Shown: positions 26,489-37,030, counted from the first letter of the stretch. The stretch: 64,000 bases of DNA from an uncultured Acidobacteriota bacterium (GCA_963796275.1 CAWCKY010000003.1:160001-224000); one strand, 5' to 3'. Made by a program: numbers and translations. The notes: a model not told the origin generated them from the letters alone.

Positions 26489-27459
26489 TCGATTTTAACC
26501 GAAGTCCGATGCTCAAAGAGAATAGTTCATATAACAACGCGCGAACTGGGAGTTGTGAAAGAACAAATATCCTGGCCGTTCTGAATGTCGTAGATCGACT
26601 TACCATAGCCTATCTGATCTTCTCTACCACGCTAATCGTTATTTGCCATCATAATATTAAACACTGGGAATTCCTCTTACCCGCGCATCTCGGCTTGATG
26701 TTCGTAATCATCGGATTGGCTTACGCTCGTCTGCGCGGGATCCGGATTTTGAGCTTCATCAGCTATTGGTATCCGCCCTTGCTCTTTCTCTTTTTCTTTG
26801 AAGAGATAGGTTTGACCGTCCACGCAATTTTTCCGGGATGGTTCGATGATTATCTGATCGAGGCGGATTTCGCATTGTTCGGGGTCCATCCGACTGTCTG
26901 GATCGAGCAATTCAGCAGTTATTGGGTGAATGAATATATGCAGCTTGTTTACACGAGCTATTTTTTATTGACCATCGTCTTTGGGGCTTATCTGTGGGCT
27001 CGTGGAAAACGCGACGAGTTCTCTATTTTTATAGCATCGACGTGCATTGCCTACTATCTTTGTTATGTCATATTCGTCTTCTTCCCGATTGAAAGTCCTT
27101 ATCACACGCTGTCGCAACTGCAAAAGGTCGAATTGACCGGAGGCCCATTCACCGCCTTCATCAATCTGATCGAAAAACACGGGCGCGTGCATGGCGGGGC
27201 ATTCCCCAGTACGCACGTAGCCGGCGCAGTGACAGTGCTCTTCTCGGCCTATCAGTTTGCGCGCCCGATCGGTTATTGGCTCACTGCGCTCGTGATAAGT
27301 ATTTGCATTTCGACTGTCTACGGGCGATATCATTACGTGGTCGATGTCTTCGCCGGAATTTTGATGGCGGCTATCGGCTGTTGGCTGGGCCCAAAGTTGA
27401 CGAGGAGACGAGGGGACCCGGAGACTAGGAGAATGAGGGCAAGGAGGGGCGCAAAATGA
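26485..27459 (+). CDS. PAP2-family (Aur1/IPC-synthase-like) membrane phosphotransferase/phosphatase
   Basis: AFPSTHV and RYHYVVDV.AG motifs, multi-TM; ATGA overlap with HAD gene. Confidence 0.85.
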   Translation: MIDFNRSPMLKENSSYNNARTGSCERTNILAVLNVVDRLTIAYLIFSTTLIVICHHNIKHWEFLLPAHLGLMFVIIGLAYARLRGIRILSFISYWYPPLLFLFFFEEIGLTVHAIFPGWFDDYLIEADFALFGVHPTVWIEQFSSYWVNEYMQLVYTSYFLLTIVFGAYLWARGKRDEFSIFIASTCIAYYLCYVIFVFFPIESPYHTLSQLQKVELTGGPFTAFINLIEKHGRVHGGAFPSTHVAGAVTVLFSAYQFARPIGYWLTALVISICISTVYGRYHYVVDVFAGILMAAIGCWLGPKLTRRRGDPETRRMRARRGAK

Positions 27460-27460
27460 T

Positions 27461-27496
27461 TGAGCCTCTGGATGGCATCGCCGCACCAGAGGCTCA
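27461..27496. terminator. Hairpin between convergent genes
   Basis: TGAGCCTCTGG ... CCAGAGGCTCA 11-bp perfect arms. Confidence 0.55.
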
Positions 27497-27604
27497 TAGA
27501 TATATAGATAAGGAGTTGCCTAAATCACAGAAACGGAATCCCGGAGCGGATATCCTGATGCGATTTTACCTAACCAATCCCGGAAACCATCAGCTCATCT
27601 CACC

Positions 27605-28830
27605 TTACTCATAACGCAGAGCTTCGATCGGATCCAAACCTGCGGCTTTCCGCGCAGGGTAGTATCCGAAGAAGATTCCCACCGCCGCGGAGAAGATCAC
27701 CGAGCCGGCGATTGCCGATAACGAGACGAGAGTCGGCCATCCCAGCATCTTCGGTATGATGATCGATATCGCTATCCCGAAGATTATGCCGATGAAGCCG
27801 CCGATCAGGCTGAGTACGATCGATTCGATCAGGAACTGCTTACGCACTGCCGAAGATCGGGCACCGATCGCCATTCTGATGCCGATCTCGCGCGTCCGCT
27901 CGGTAACTGAAACGAGCATTATGTTCATTATTCCGATGCCGCCGACGAGCAGCGAGACACTTGCAATGCTCCCCAGAAGTATCGTCATAATCCGGTTGGT
28001 TTCCTCGGCAGCTTCCGCCACATCGGTCAGATTGCGTACGAAGAAATCATCTTCCTCGTTCGGTGCAAGCCTATGACGCTGGCGTAATAAATCCGCGATC
28101 TGTTCCTGAGCCGTGTAGGTCGCATCGGGGGAAATAGCAGAAACATAGGCGAATTGAACATATGTAATCGCCAGAAGCTTTTTCTGAACCGTTGAGTATG
28201 GCGCGAACAGCGATGTCATCCTGATCGCGTCCTCCCGGGTCCTGCCCTTTGGCGCGCATGACGCCGACGACCCGGAACGGCAATTCACGGACACGCAAAG
28301 TCTGTCCCACCGGATCCATGCCCGGGAAAGAGATTTTCCGCGATAGTCTCACCGATTACTATGACACGCGCAGCTGTGCGGACATCCGCTTCGCTGAAGA
28401 ACTCCCCGCTCTGTACTTCCCATTTGCGAATTTGCGGGAACTGCTCATTTACGCCCTGAACCTGGCTATTCCAGTTTTGATTTTGGAAGATTAACTGCGA
28501 CCGTGCATTGACTGTGGGTGTTGCCATCGAAACGCTCGGGATTTCACGCCGGATCGCCTCGATATCTTCTACCGTAAGGTTGTTTCGGTTGGATTGGCCA
28601 GTCCCGCTCCGCACACCGCCGACGTTCATCGAACCGGCGCCCACAAAGAGCAGGTTCGTGCCGACGCTGGCGATCTGTTCCTGCACCGATGCCTGTGCCC
28701 CTTGCCCGATGCTGACCATGGCGATGACAGCGCTTACGCCGATGATGATGCCGAGCATCGTCAATACCGAGCGCATCTTGTTGCGCGCCAGTGCGCGGAA
28801 CGCGATCCTGAAAATCATAAATAAATTCAT
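27605..28830 (-). CDS. MacB-like ABC permease, interrupted by two +1 frameshifts (~28321 and ~28208)
   Basis: RSVLTMLGIIIGV, GGIGIMNIMLVSVTERTREIGIR, YPARKAA..DPIEALRYE distributed over three frames. Confidence 0.85.
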
Positions 28831-28872
28831 TGCTGTAACCCCATTTGCATTTATTGATTCCTATACCAGCGC

Positions 28873-29715
28873 CTAATCGCCATCTCCCTCTTCGTCCTCA
28901 TCTTCTTCCATAATTGTCGGAAGCAGCTTCAACTCTTCCGAAGCATTACGCCGATTGGTCACACGATAGTCGCTCTTGATCTTACCATCCTTGAAGATGA
29001 TCACACGATCAGCGTATTCGGCGATGTCGGGCTCGTGCGTGACTAGGACCAGCGTGATCCCCTGCTCCCGGTTGAGCTTCTGGAATATGTCCATGACTTC
29101 GACTGACGTGCGCGAATCGAGATTACCCGTAGGTTCGTCGGCCAGAATCAGGGCGGGCCGGTTGACAAGCGCCCGCGCGATTGCCACACGCTGCTGTTGC
29201 CCTCCCGAGAGTTGATTCGGATGGTTGTACTCGCGACCGGCCAGGCCGACCGCCGACAATGCTTCCATTGCGCGTTGATGACGCTCGGCGGTGGGAATGT
29301 TCGAATAGAGCATCGGTAATTCGACATTCTCCAGCGCTGATGTGCGCGACAACAGGTTGAAGCCTTGAAAAACAAAGCCGATTTTACGATTGCGGATGTC
29401 GGCGCGGTCGTCTTTCGATAGCTCCGATACGTCATGATCGTCCAGGATGTAGTGGCCTCGGGTGGGACGGTCAAGACAGCCGATGATGTTCATGGTGGTC
29501 GATTTCCCGGAACCCGAAGCGCCCATGATAGCGACGAACTCCCCCTTGCCGACCGTCAGCGAAATCCCGCGAAGTGCATGAACCTCGACGTCACCCATTT
29601 GGTAAATCTTATGGACGTGGCTTAATTGGATGACGGGGTGGATGTCCAACTCTTCCAGTTCATAATCCTTTTCAATGTTATTCTCTTTTGTTATCAGCTT
29701 AGTCAACACTTGCAC
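28873..29715 (-). CDS. ABC transporter ATP-binding protein (MacB/LolD-like)
   Basis: [31 protein letters not shown]. Confidence 0.96.
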   Translation of the reverse strand: MQVLTKLITKENNIEKDYELEELDIHPVIQLSHVHKIYQMGDVEVHALRGISLTVGKGEFVAIMGASGSGKSTTMNIIGCLDRPTRGHYILDDHDVSELSKDDRADIRNRKIGFVFQGFNLLSRTSALENVELPMLYSNIPTAERHQRAMEALSAVGLAGREYNHPNQLSGGQQQRVAIARALVNRPALILADEPTGNLDSRTSVEVMDIFQKLNREQGITLVLVTHEPDIAEYADRVIIFKDGKIKSDYRVTNRRNASEELKLLPTIMEEDEDEEGDGD

Positions 29716-29810
29716 TCCATTAACCTCCCAATGACATTGATCGGGGATTGCGGACCGTATGTTGCGTATTGCAATTCACGAAATTCCGCAATCCACAAGT
29801 CCGGCCATCA

Positions 29811-31556
29811 TTAACGGCGACGGCCTCCGCCACCGCCTCCGCCTCCGCCAAATCCTCTTCCGCCGGGTCCACCGCCGCCGAAACCGGGGGGCGTCTGTCT
29901 CTGTTGTCTGCTGTCGGCCGACACATTTCTCATCACTATGACTTCCTCACCTTCCTTCAAATCGCCACGAAGAATCTCGGTGGACGTGCCGTCAGTGATG
30001 CCGATCTGTACTCTGCGCGGTTGCGGCGTATTGTTCGCCCCTAGCACCCAAACAACGCGCCACTGACCTTCAGTCAAAATCGCCGTCGTTGGAGCAAACC
30101 CCGTCATGCGCTGGCCCTCGCGGCGTCCGCCGCTGGCATCAGCCGCGGTATCGCCGCCGGCACCCGGCTGCTGATTTCTCTGGCGTCTCCTTCCCTGACC
30201 CGGCTCATTGCCTGGTTCGCCTGATTGCTGATCTCTCTGGCGTCTTCTTCTCCGTTCTCCCGTGGCGGCGTCTGCCTGCTGGTCACCTTCCGGACTTTTG
30301 GCCTGGTTCTGCTCAGCGCCCGGGGTGCCGGCCGCCTCCGCCTTTCTGTTCGCCTGAGCGTTATCGTTTCCTGATGCATCGCGCAGCATCTCGCGAATCT
30401 TTTCATTCGTGATGTCTTGCGGCCTGAATCTAAGCGCAGCGTTAGGGAGTTTCAGCACGTCATTGCGTTCGGCAATGGCGAAGCTCAGGTCCGCCGTCAT
30501 TCCCGGCTTGAGCTTCTTGTCCGGATTCTTGATGTCGACCACGACATTATAAGTGACAACATTCGACACATTCTGGGCATTGAGGCGAATTTGATTGATC
30601 GTCCCCTGAAATGTTTCACCGGGAAATGCATCGACGGAGAAGGAGACTTTATTCTCTTGATTGATCATGCCGATATCGGCCTGGTCAATCGCGGCAATCA
30701 CCTGCATATTTGTAAGGTCGGTGGCGATCGTAAAGAGCGTCGGCGCCGTCATGCTGGAAGCCACGGTCTGACCATCATTGACGTCGCGTGATACTACTAC
30801 CCCATCGATGGGCGAATAGATCGTCGTATAACCCAGGTTGGTCTCGGCCAGGCGCACTGCTCCCTCGGCTTGCTGCACCTGAGCTTCCGCTTGCTTCACC
30901 TGGGCCTTCGCCTGCGCGAGACCCGCGCTTCCTGCATTTTGTTCATTGACTACGGCCTGATCGACTTGCGCCGTCGCCTGGTCGTACCGCGCCTTTGCGG
31001 CGTTGAAGTTCGCGCGAGTCGCCTCCAGATCGCGTTCCGGGAGCACTCCGCTTTGAGCCAGAGCCTGTTGTCGCTGGAGCAATCTTTCCATGTCGTCCCG
31101 CTGCGCCTTGAGCGCGGCCAGATTGGCTTTCGCGCTAGATACCCCGGCGCGCTGAGTGTTCACCTCGGCCTCGGCGGCGAGCATCCTGGCTTTCGTATTA
31201 GCGAGATTGGCCTTCTGCTGTTCCAGGTTTGACTTTTGTTGATCTACCTGCTGCTCAAGGGGCCCTCGGTCGAGTTTCGCAATAACCTGGCCTACGTGCA
31301 CTTCATCATTGAAGTCGACCAGAGTTTTTTCAATAATTCCCGATACCTGGGCGCCGACGGGCACCGTTCTCACGGCCTGCAGCGTTCCCGTCGCGGCCAC
31401 CGTATTTCGGATGTTCCCTTTTTCGATCCTGCCGGTCAGATATTCATCGCGATCGGAGGTGCGATTGAAATATAGATAGGTTGCCACTAGACCTATTGCG
31501 AGTAGACCTATGCTGATAAGTAAATATCGTTTGCCGGTTCCAAATTTCAGTTTCAT
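29811..31556 (-). CDS. MacA-like periplasmic adaptor (membrane fusion protein)
   Basis: TM anchor, VGAQVSG, long coiled coil, IYSPIDGVV, LKPGMTA. Confidence 0.92.
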   Translation of the reverse strand: MKLKFGTGKRYLLISIGLLAIGLVATYLYFNRTSDRDEYLTGRIEKGNIRNTVAATGTLQAVRTVPVGAQVSGIIEKTLVDFNDEVHVGQVIAKLDRGPLEQQVDQQKSNLEQQKANLANTKARMLAAEAEVNTQRAGVSSAKANLAALKAQRDDMERLLQRQQALAQSGVLPERDLEATRANFNAAKARYDQATAQVDQAVVNEQNAGSAGLAQAKAQVKQAEAQVQQAEGAVRLAETNLGYTTIYSPIDGVVVSRDVNDGQTVASSMTAPTLFTIATDLTNMQVIAAIDQADIGMINQENKVSFSVDAFPGETFQGTINQIRLNAQNVSNVVTYNVVVDIKNPDKKLKPGMTADLSFAIAERNDVLKLPNAALRFRPQDITNEKIREMLRDASGNDNAQANRKAEAAGTPGAEQNQAKSPEGDQQADAATGERRRRRQRDQQSGEPGNEPGQGRRRQRNQQPGAGGDTAADASGGRREGQRMTGFAPTTAILTEGQWRVVWVLGANNTPQPRRVQIGITDGTSTEILRGDLKEGEEVIVMRNVSADSRQQRQTPPGFGGGGPGGRGFGGGGGGGGGRRR

Positions 31557-31659
31557 CGTTTCTTCCCTCTTTTATCTAAAGAGTCCTTTCGAACTATATG
31601 ATACGATCTAACAGTTCAACTATTTTTTCATATCCTCATACAATAAATCCACATCACAA

Positions 31660-31688
31660 AAGACAACGGGGATTCGAATTCAGTTACA
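31660..31688 (-). promoter_or_regulatory. ECF-sigma-type promoter for the efflux operon
   Basis: TGTAAC-N17-TGTCTT on the minus strand. Confidence 0.6.
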
Positions 31689-31762
31689 CTCTTTTTCCGG
31701 AACGCCTGATTCTTCCAGCCTGAGTTCGTCATAAATAATGGAAGAAAAATTTACTCTATACC

Positions 31763-31791
31763 TGTAACCATTCACTACCCGATAGTGTCTT
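31763..31791 (+). promoter_or_regulatory. ECF-sigma-type promoter for the spy-sigma operon
   Basis: TGTAAC-N17-TGTCTT, same elements and spacing as the divergent copy. Confidence 0.65.
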
Positions 31792-31864
31792 ACCCGGACA
31801 GAAGGCACCCCTTGGTCTTCGTTAACTTGAAACTTGATGGAATAGTATGGAGGTAAGACAATAG

Positions 31865-32395
31865 ATGAAAAATATGCCCAAATTTATTTTTATTGCCCTT
31901 GCATTGCTCCTGGTTGGGGTGTTAGCAATACCATTTGCGCGTAGCCAATCGACAGGCGCGGAACAGGGGGATCAGCAGGAGAAGCGCTTCGATGGATCGG
32001 GATTCGGAAGGGGACATCGGGGTCGGGGATTTGAACGCCGGCTCTTCAGCCGTTTGAATTTGACCGATGCTCAGAAAGAGCAGATGAAGCAGATCAATCA
32101 GAACTTCCGCGAGAGCACCAAGCCTTTGCGCCAGGAATTGAGGGGGAAGCACGGTGAACTCCGCCAGGCGCAGCAGGGCGAGACGTTCGATGAAGCGCTC
32201 GTCGCGCAAAAACTGAACGAAATCTCAACTATTCAGGTGAAGCTCATGGGGGAGAGGTTCAAGCTGAAACAGGAGATATCATCAGTGATGACGCCTGAAC
32301 AGAAGGCTCAGCTCGCGCAGATGCGTGAGCAGATGAAGACAAAGCGCGAAGAGTATAAAAAACGGCGGGCAGAGCGCCGCGCCAATAGCCAGTAA
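31865..32395 (+). CDS. Spy/CpxP family periplasmic chaperone
   Basis: Signal peptide, LTDAQK and MTPEQK (LTxxQ) motifs. Confidence 0.9.
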   Translation: MKNMPKFIFIALALLLVGVLAIPFARSQSTGAEQGDQQEKRFDGSGFGRGHRGRGFERRLFSRLNLTDAQKEQMKQINQNFRESTKPLRQELRGKHGELRQAQQGETFDEALVAQKLNEISTIQVKLMGERFKLKQEISSVMTPEQKAQLAQMREQMKTKREEYKKRRAERRANSQ

Positions 32396-32472
32396 CCTAT
32401 CTCGAGGGGGCTGGCAGATTCAGGCGCTCGACGCTTTTTCTGCCGGCCCAGTTTTATCATCGAGGTAGAGTT

Positions 32473-33105
32473 CTGGATACTCAGTTAGAACAGGCTTCGG
32501 ATTTCGATCTCGTGCGCCTTGCAAGAGATGGTGATGAGGCGGCCTTTGAAGAGATCGTGCGCCGCTACTCATCGCGGGTATTTCATATCGCCAACCGGTT
32601 TTTTCGCCAGCGCAGCCAGGTGGAGGAGAGCGCGCAGGAGATTTTTTTAAGGGCATACACGCGCCTGGCCGATTACGAGGGACGCGGATCTTTCGAAGGT
32701 TGGTTGACGCGCATCGCTACCTCGACTTGCATCAACCTGATTCGCTATAACAAGCGGCGACCGGAGTTCATCGATCTGACAGCGGATGAGGCCGGATGGC
32801 TGGAGGACAAGCTCATAAATACCGCGGTTGAGCGAAAACGTTCGGTTGAAGACAATCTGATCGCGGCAGACCTGGCGAACAAAGTTTTAGAGACACTCTC
32901 TTCCGATGACCGTCTAGTTCTAACTCTTATGGATGGTGAGGAATTTTCTGTGAAAGAGGTTGCGGAACTGACCGGCTGGTCGGAAGCGAAGGTGAAAGTC
33001 CGCGCCTTCCGCGCGCGGCGCCGCATGCGAGAAGCGGTTGAAAAATTACTTGACGTTCCGGTCATTCGAGCGGATACGGGTTCAGATAGCGCGGGTGAGA
33101 AATGA
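32473..33105 (+). CDS. ECF RNA polymerase sigma factor (start possibly CTG 32473, otherwise GTG 32512)
   Basis: GDEAAF, QEIFLRAY, FEGWLTRIA, region 4 EVAE..G..KVRAFRAR. Confidence 0.92.
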   Translation: MDTQLEQASDFDLVRLARDGDEAAFEEIVRRYSSRVFHIANRFFRQRSQVEESAQEIFLRAYTRLADYEGRGSFEGWLTRIATSTCINLIRYNKRRPEFIDLTADEAGWLEDKLINTAVERKRSVEDNLIAADLANKVLETLSSDDRLVLTLMDGEEFSVKEVAELTGWSEAKVKVRAFRARRRMREAVEKLLDVPVIRADTGSDSAGEK

Positions 33106-33614
33106 GAAACGAACATATTACCGAATTGTTGGACAGCGCACCTCTCAGGTCTCTGAGCCAGAACGAACTTGCGCGCATACGCGAACATTGCGATCGGTGT
33201 GCTCACTGCCACCAGGCGTTCAAGTCGGCGCAGATCTCCGCACTTATGTTAAGCGAGCTGGCAACCGCCTCGTTCGAGCCATCTCCCTTCTTCAAGACAA
33301 AAGTGATGGCGGCGATCAGGGAAAGACAAGCGGCGACGGGCGCTTACTCGTTCTTGCGTTTTTGGAGGGCTGCTCGGGCGCTCGTTTATGCTATGGCTGT
33401 GATTGTCGTCCTGCTGACCGGTCTGACGATTTCGCAACCTGGTCTGTTACTGGAATCGGAATCACCCGATCAGGTTGCCGGGTTTAACGCGATAGATCCG
33501 GAGTGGGCTGTTCTCGCCGGAAGCACTTCCAGCGACGAAATGACGTATGACCAGGTGCTCACTGATATTTATAGTGCGATCGAGAGAGAAGACACAGATG
33601 GAATTCGTAAGTAA
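33102..33614 (+). CDS. Zinc-binding (ZAS) transmembrane anti-sigma factor
   Basis: HCDRCAHC (HxxxCxxC), one TM, ATGA overlap with sigma. Confidence 0.85.
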   Translation: MRNEHITELLDSAPLRSLSQNELARIREHCDRCAHCHQAFKSAQISALMLSELATASFEPSPFFKTKVMAAIRERQAATGAYSFLRFWRAARALVYAMAVIVVLLTGLTISQPGLLLESESPDQVAGFNAIDPEWAVLAGSTSSDEMTYDQVLTDIYSAIEREDTDGIRK

Positions 33615-33996
33615 AAACAAGTGGCAATTGAGATTTGCCGTCCTGGTCATCTTCGCGCTCGGATTCGCGGCCGGCGCGCTGAGCTGGAATATATTTCGCT
33701 CGTATCGATTCGGACGGCCGCCGGTCGACATCAGGCGCGATCGATTTGCTCCGATTCTCGACCGCTTGCAACTCACTACAGAACAGAGACCTCAAGTCGA
33801 GAAAATACTCACAGATGCGCGAACGCAACTGATCGAGGTGCGCAGGCAAACGGAGCCGCGGATGCGCGAGGTTCGCGAACAGACCGATCAGCGCCTGCAG
33901 GCAGTGCTGACGACCGAACAGTGGGAGAGATTCAAGCAGATGAGGGATGAGATGGGGCCTCGGCGCCATCGTCGCGGGAGGGGGATGAAGGAGTAA
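33598..33996 (+). CDS. Membrane-anchored periplasmic LTxxQ protein
   Basis: N-terminal TM, LTTEQ twice. Confidence 0.75.
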   Translation: MEFVSKNKWQLRFAVLVIFALGFAAGALSWNIFRSYRFGRPPVDIRRDRFAPILDRLQLTTEQRPQVEKILTDARTQLIEVRRQTEPRMREVREQTDQRLQAVLTTEQWERFKQMRDEMGPRRHRRGRGMKE

Positions 33997-34297
33997 TCTG
34001 CAGTGCGGGCTCGAATAGCGATAGATTTTCGCATTCGACCATCTGGCCGGTGACTTCAAAAATTTCCTTCAGTCGCGAATCGGCCATCAACTTGCGCCAT
34101 TGTTCATCGAACTCACTCAACGAATCGAACTCCCACAGCTCCAGATATTCCTGGGCATCACCTACGATCGTTCGCCATATCCCCCAGAATCGAAGCCCGT
34201 GTTCCTGAATCAACGGCAGTGTACGCTCGGCGAAAGTTCTATCGTATTGCGCCACATGATGGGCGTGCAATTTGTAGGAAATCTTCAGTAGGATCAT
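33932..34297 (-). CDS. NIPSNAP-like dimeric alpha/beta barrel protein
   Basis: HG.RFWGIWRT..G...YLELWEFDSL. Confidence 0.75.
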   Translation of the reverse strand: MILLKISYKLHAHHVAQYDRTFAERTLPLIQEHGLRFWGIWRTIVGDAQEYLELWEFDSLSEFDEQWRKLMADSRLKEIFEVTGQMVECENLSLFEPALQITPSSPSRDDGAEAPSHPSSA

Positions 34298-34444
34298 TTT
34301 CAGAATTTTCAGAATGTCAGAATGATAGATGGCAGTTCAATCAAATAGGCAAAAGCCGGGTACAGCTTATTGTCCGTTCGCTACCTTTTGTCTCGCTTGC
34401 TCTTGCTGACGCAAACCCACGTTCTGCGGTATTGATAGCTAAAT

Positions 34445-35971
34445 CTATTCACCCAACCAGGATTTTCTAATTGCCTTCTGAGCCTCCGTCATCTTTTCGC
34501 CGTCGATTATTTTACCGTCAACGAATCGAAAACCCGCGTGCTCAAATGCTGCGTTGTAATCCAGCTCATCCGTGCCATCGACGTAGCGGTTGAAGAAATC
34601 TTTAAAGCTTCTTCCCGCCACCTCTGAGGCAGCCTTCTCGATGTCTTCATTCGTATAACCACGCCCGCGTTTGTAATAACGCTCGAACAACGTTCGCATA
34701 ACGTCGTCGAGGCTTTTTTTACCGCCTGACGCCCCGCGGATTTCAAGATCGAGCAACATGCCGACCAGCTCGCCCTTGTTGTAATAGTTGGTGGAGAAAT
34801 TTGTGAATTCGGCGCCAATGCCGCCGTAGCTCAGCCACGTGATCGTGCTCGAATCGGAGAGGGATACCCATTTCCGCGCTTCTGTGTTCTGCAGTACCCT
34901 GATTTGCTGCTCAATGCCTCGCAGATAATCGCTCACGGTGCTGATGCCCGCACGGCGGATGTGTAGATCGCCGTAATAACTGGTGAAGCCTTCGGCGATC
35001 CATAACTCACGTATGTATTGTTCTTTGCTGTAGTCGTACGGGATCAGGCCGGCAGGTTTGATCCTTTTCACGTTCCAGACGTGGAAGTGCTCGTGTGACG
35101 TGACTCCGGCTACTGACAATGGATTCGCCGGCATAGAAGACAACATGATATTTGTCGAGTTCTCGTGCTCAAGCGCTCCTCCACCTCGCAGTCTCCCGGT
35201 CACGTATAAAACCCAATATTCATCATAGGGCAGCCCGCCGAACATTTGCCCCTGCGATTCGATGATCCGTCTGACGTATTCTTTGAGCTTATTGCCGGCT
35301 TCAACAGTGATTTGTCCGCGCGGATCAATGACGATATGAATTGTTTTCCCGAGCGCCGTGGTGGTGAGATCATCGAAATCGCCCATGACGGTTGGGCAAT
35401 CGACCAGGTTGTCGAAATCGCGGATCAAATAGAGGTTCTTTTCATTTCCCCGCTTCAAGCCCGTTGCTATGCGCCACTCTTCAGGAATATCGAATTTGAG
35501 GGTGGATGGCGTGTCATTTGTGTGGCCTGGGACATAGAAGAAGAGATTGGTGCCCAGGAAATATGCGCGCTTCTCCGTCAATTCGGCGCCGTTGACGTTG
35601 AGGTTATCGGCGAAGTAGTCGTATTCAATGGTCAATCTACGATTGCCTTCGGTGGTTATACGCCAGGTCTGCTTATCGACCGCGCGCATCGATAACCGCA
35701 TACCGTTCGCATGCGACTGAAGTTTTATGACATTTGCGGCATACGGGCGAATCGTATACCAGCCGGGCGTCCATGAAGGCAATGAGATGTCCAGCGTCGC
35801 ACCGGAGATGTTAGAAGCCTCGATTTTGATGCGAAAAAGATGTCTCGCCGCGTCTCTTATACCGATAGTGTAATCGAGACGCGGTGCGGATTGCGCGATT
35901 GTACTGTGGGAGAATGAGACAAAGCTCAGGAGAAGGGCGATAAATATATAACGGTTACGAGAGGCTTTCAT
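34445..35971 (-). CDS. M61 family (glycyl aminopeptidase-like) metallopeptidase
   Basis: PSWTPG, LEHENS, HEHFHVWNVKRI, WIAEGFTSYY. Confidence 0.93.
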   Translation of the reverse strand: MKASRNRYIFIALLLSFVSFSHSTIAQSAPRLDYTIGIRDAARHLFRIKIEASNISGATLDISLPSWTPGWYTIRPYAANVIKLQSHANGMRLSMRAVDKQTWRITTEGNRRLTIEYDYFADNLNVNGAELTEKRAYFLGTNLFFYVPGHTNDTPSTLKFDIPEEWRIATGLKRGNEKNLYLIRDFDNLVDCPTVMGDFDDLTTTALGKTIHIVIDPRGQITVEAGNKLKEYVRRIIESQGQMFGGLPYDEYWVLYVTGRLRGGGALEHENSTNIMLSSMPANPLSVAGVTSHEHFHVWNVKRIKPAGLIPYDYSKEQYIRELWIAEGFTSYYGDLHIRRAGISTVSDYLRGIEQQIRVLQNTEARKWVSLSDSSTITWLSYGGIGAEFTNFSTNYYNKGELVGMLLDLEIRGASGGKKSLDDVMRTLFERYYKRGRGYTNEDIEKAASEVAGRSFKDFFNRYVDGTDELDYNAAFEHAGFRFVDGKIIDGEKMTEAQKAIRKSWLGE

Positions 35972-36161
35972 TTATCAGAATCTCCGCGTTTTGTGTAAAT
36001 GGTAGACGCGATACTAATCTATGAGGAGAATACTAAACAAATAGAACGAATAAAATATGAGATGGTTGATACCTGCAATACTTACGCAAGCGAACTGATA
36101 ATTTTAAGTTCCTTGTTCGTTGGATATCAGGTATTTAGGGGCGTCGGTTTAAAATATATCC

Positions 36162-37001
36162 ATGAAGGTAGAGCAGATTCAGGCGAAAACAGTTCTTAAC
36201 CCGACCGGTGGGTTTCTCGCCAGCTATACACATTCGCTGAATGCATATCAGGGGTGTGCATTTGGCAATGGTTCATGTCCATACTGTTATGTGCGTGCGA
36301 TGCCGGTTCAGAGATTTTCGGGTAACGTGTGGGGTCAATGGGTGAAGGCCAAGATCAACGCGCCTGATCTGCTCAAACAGGAACTCGAGGCGACCAAGCG
36401 TAAAGGCTTATTCGGAAAGTTACGAATTTTTATGAGCACCGCTACCGATCCATATCAGGGCCCGGAGGCGAGATTTAAAATAACAAGAAGAGTGCTCGAA
36501 ACATTTGCGATGAGCGGTGAGTTCGGATTCCTGGTAGTACAGACCCGCTCGCCGATGATCGAACGGGACATAGATTTGCTCCAGCGGCTCGGCTCGTCTG
36601 TTGCGGTCAGCTTCACCATCGAGACCAATCGTGACGATGTGCGAAAACAGATCACCCCGACATCACCAAGCATCGAGCGGCGCCTCACGACACTTGAGCG
36701 ATTGACCGGCGCAGGGTTGCGCACGCAAGCCGCGATCAGCCCCATCCTGCCGTGCGATGCGGAACCGTTTGCGGACTTGATTGCGTCGAGAGCGACTCGT
36801 GCGGTTGTCGACACTCTGATCGACGGCGACGGTGCGGGCGGTCGCCGAAGCACAGAGCTGGGGATGCCCGAACTTTTACGATCGCTGGGATACGGTGATT
36901 GGATGCGGCGCGACGCGCACGTTCCACTGCTCGAAGCCCTGAAACAGAAGATGGGGCCAGATTGCGTCGGGTTCAGTCAGGAAGGTTTTAATCTCTTATA
37001 A
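36162..37001 (+). CDS. Radical SAM protein, SplB/Rv2578c-like
   Basis: NAYQGCAFGNGSCPYCY, STATDPYQ, QTRSP..ERD. Confidence 0.85.
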   Translation: MKVEQIQAKTVLNPTGGFLASYTHSLNAYQGCAFGNGSCPYCYVRAMPVQRFSGNVWGQWVKAKINAPDLLKQELEATKRKGLFGKLRIFMSTATDPYQGPEARFKITRRVLETFAMSGEFGFLVVQTRSPMIERDIDLLQRLGSSVAVSFTIETNRDDVRKQITPTSPSIERRLTTLERLTGAGLRTQAAISPILPCDAEPFADLIASRATRAVVDTLIDGDGAGGRRSTELGMPELLRSLGYGDWMRRDAHVPLLEALKQKMGPDCVGFSQEGFNLL

Positions 37002-37030
37002 TTTGATTTATTGTAAAATTGAGAAAAAGA

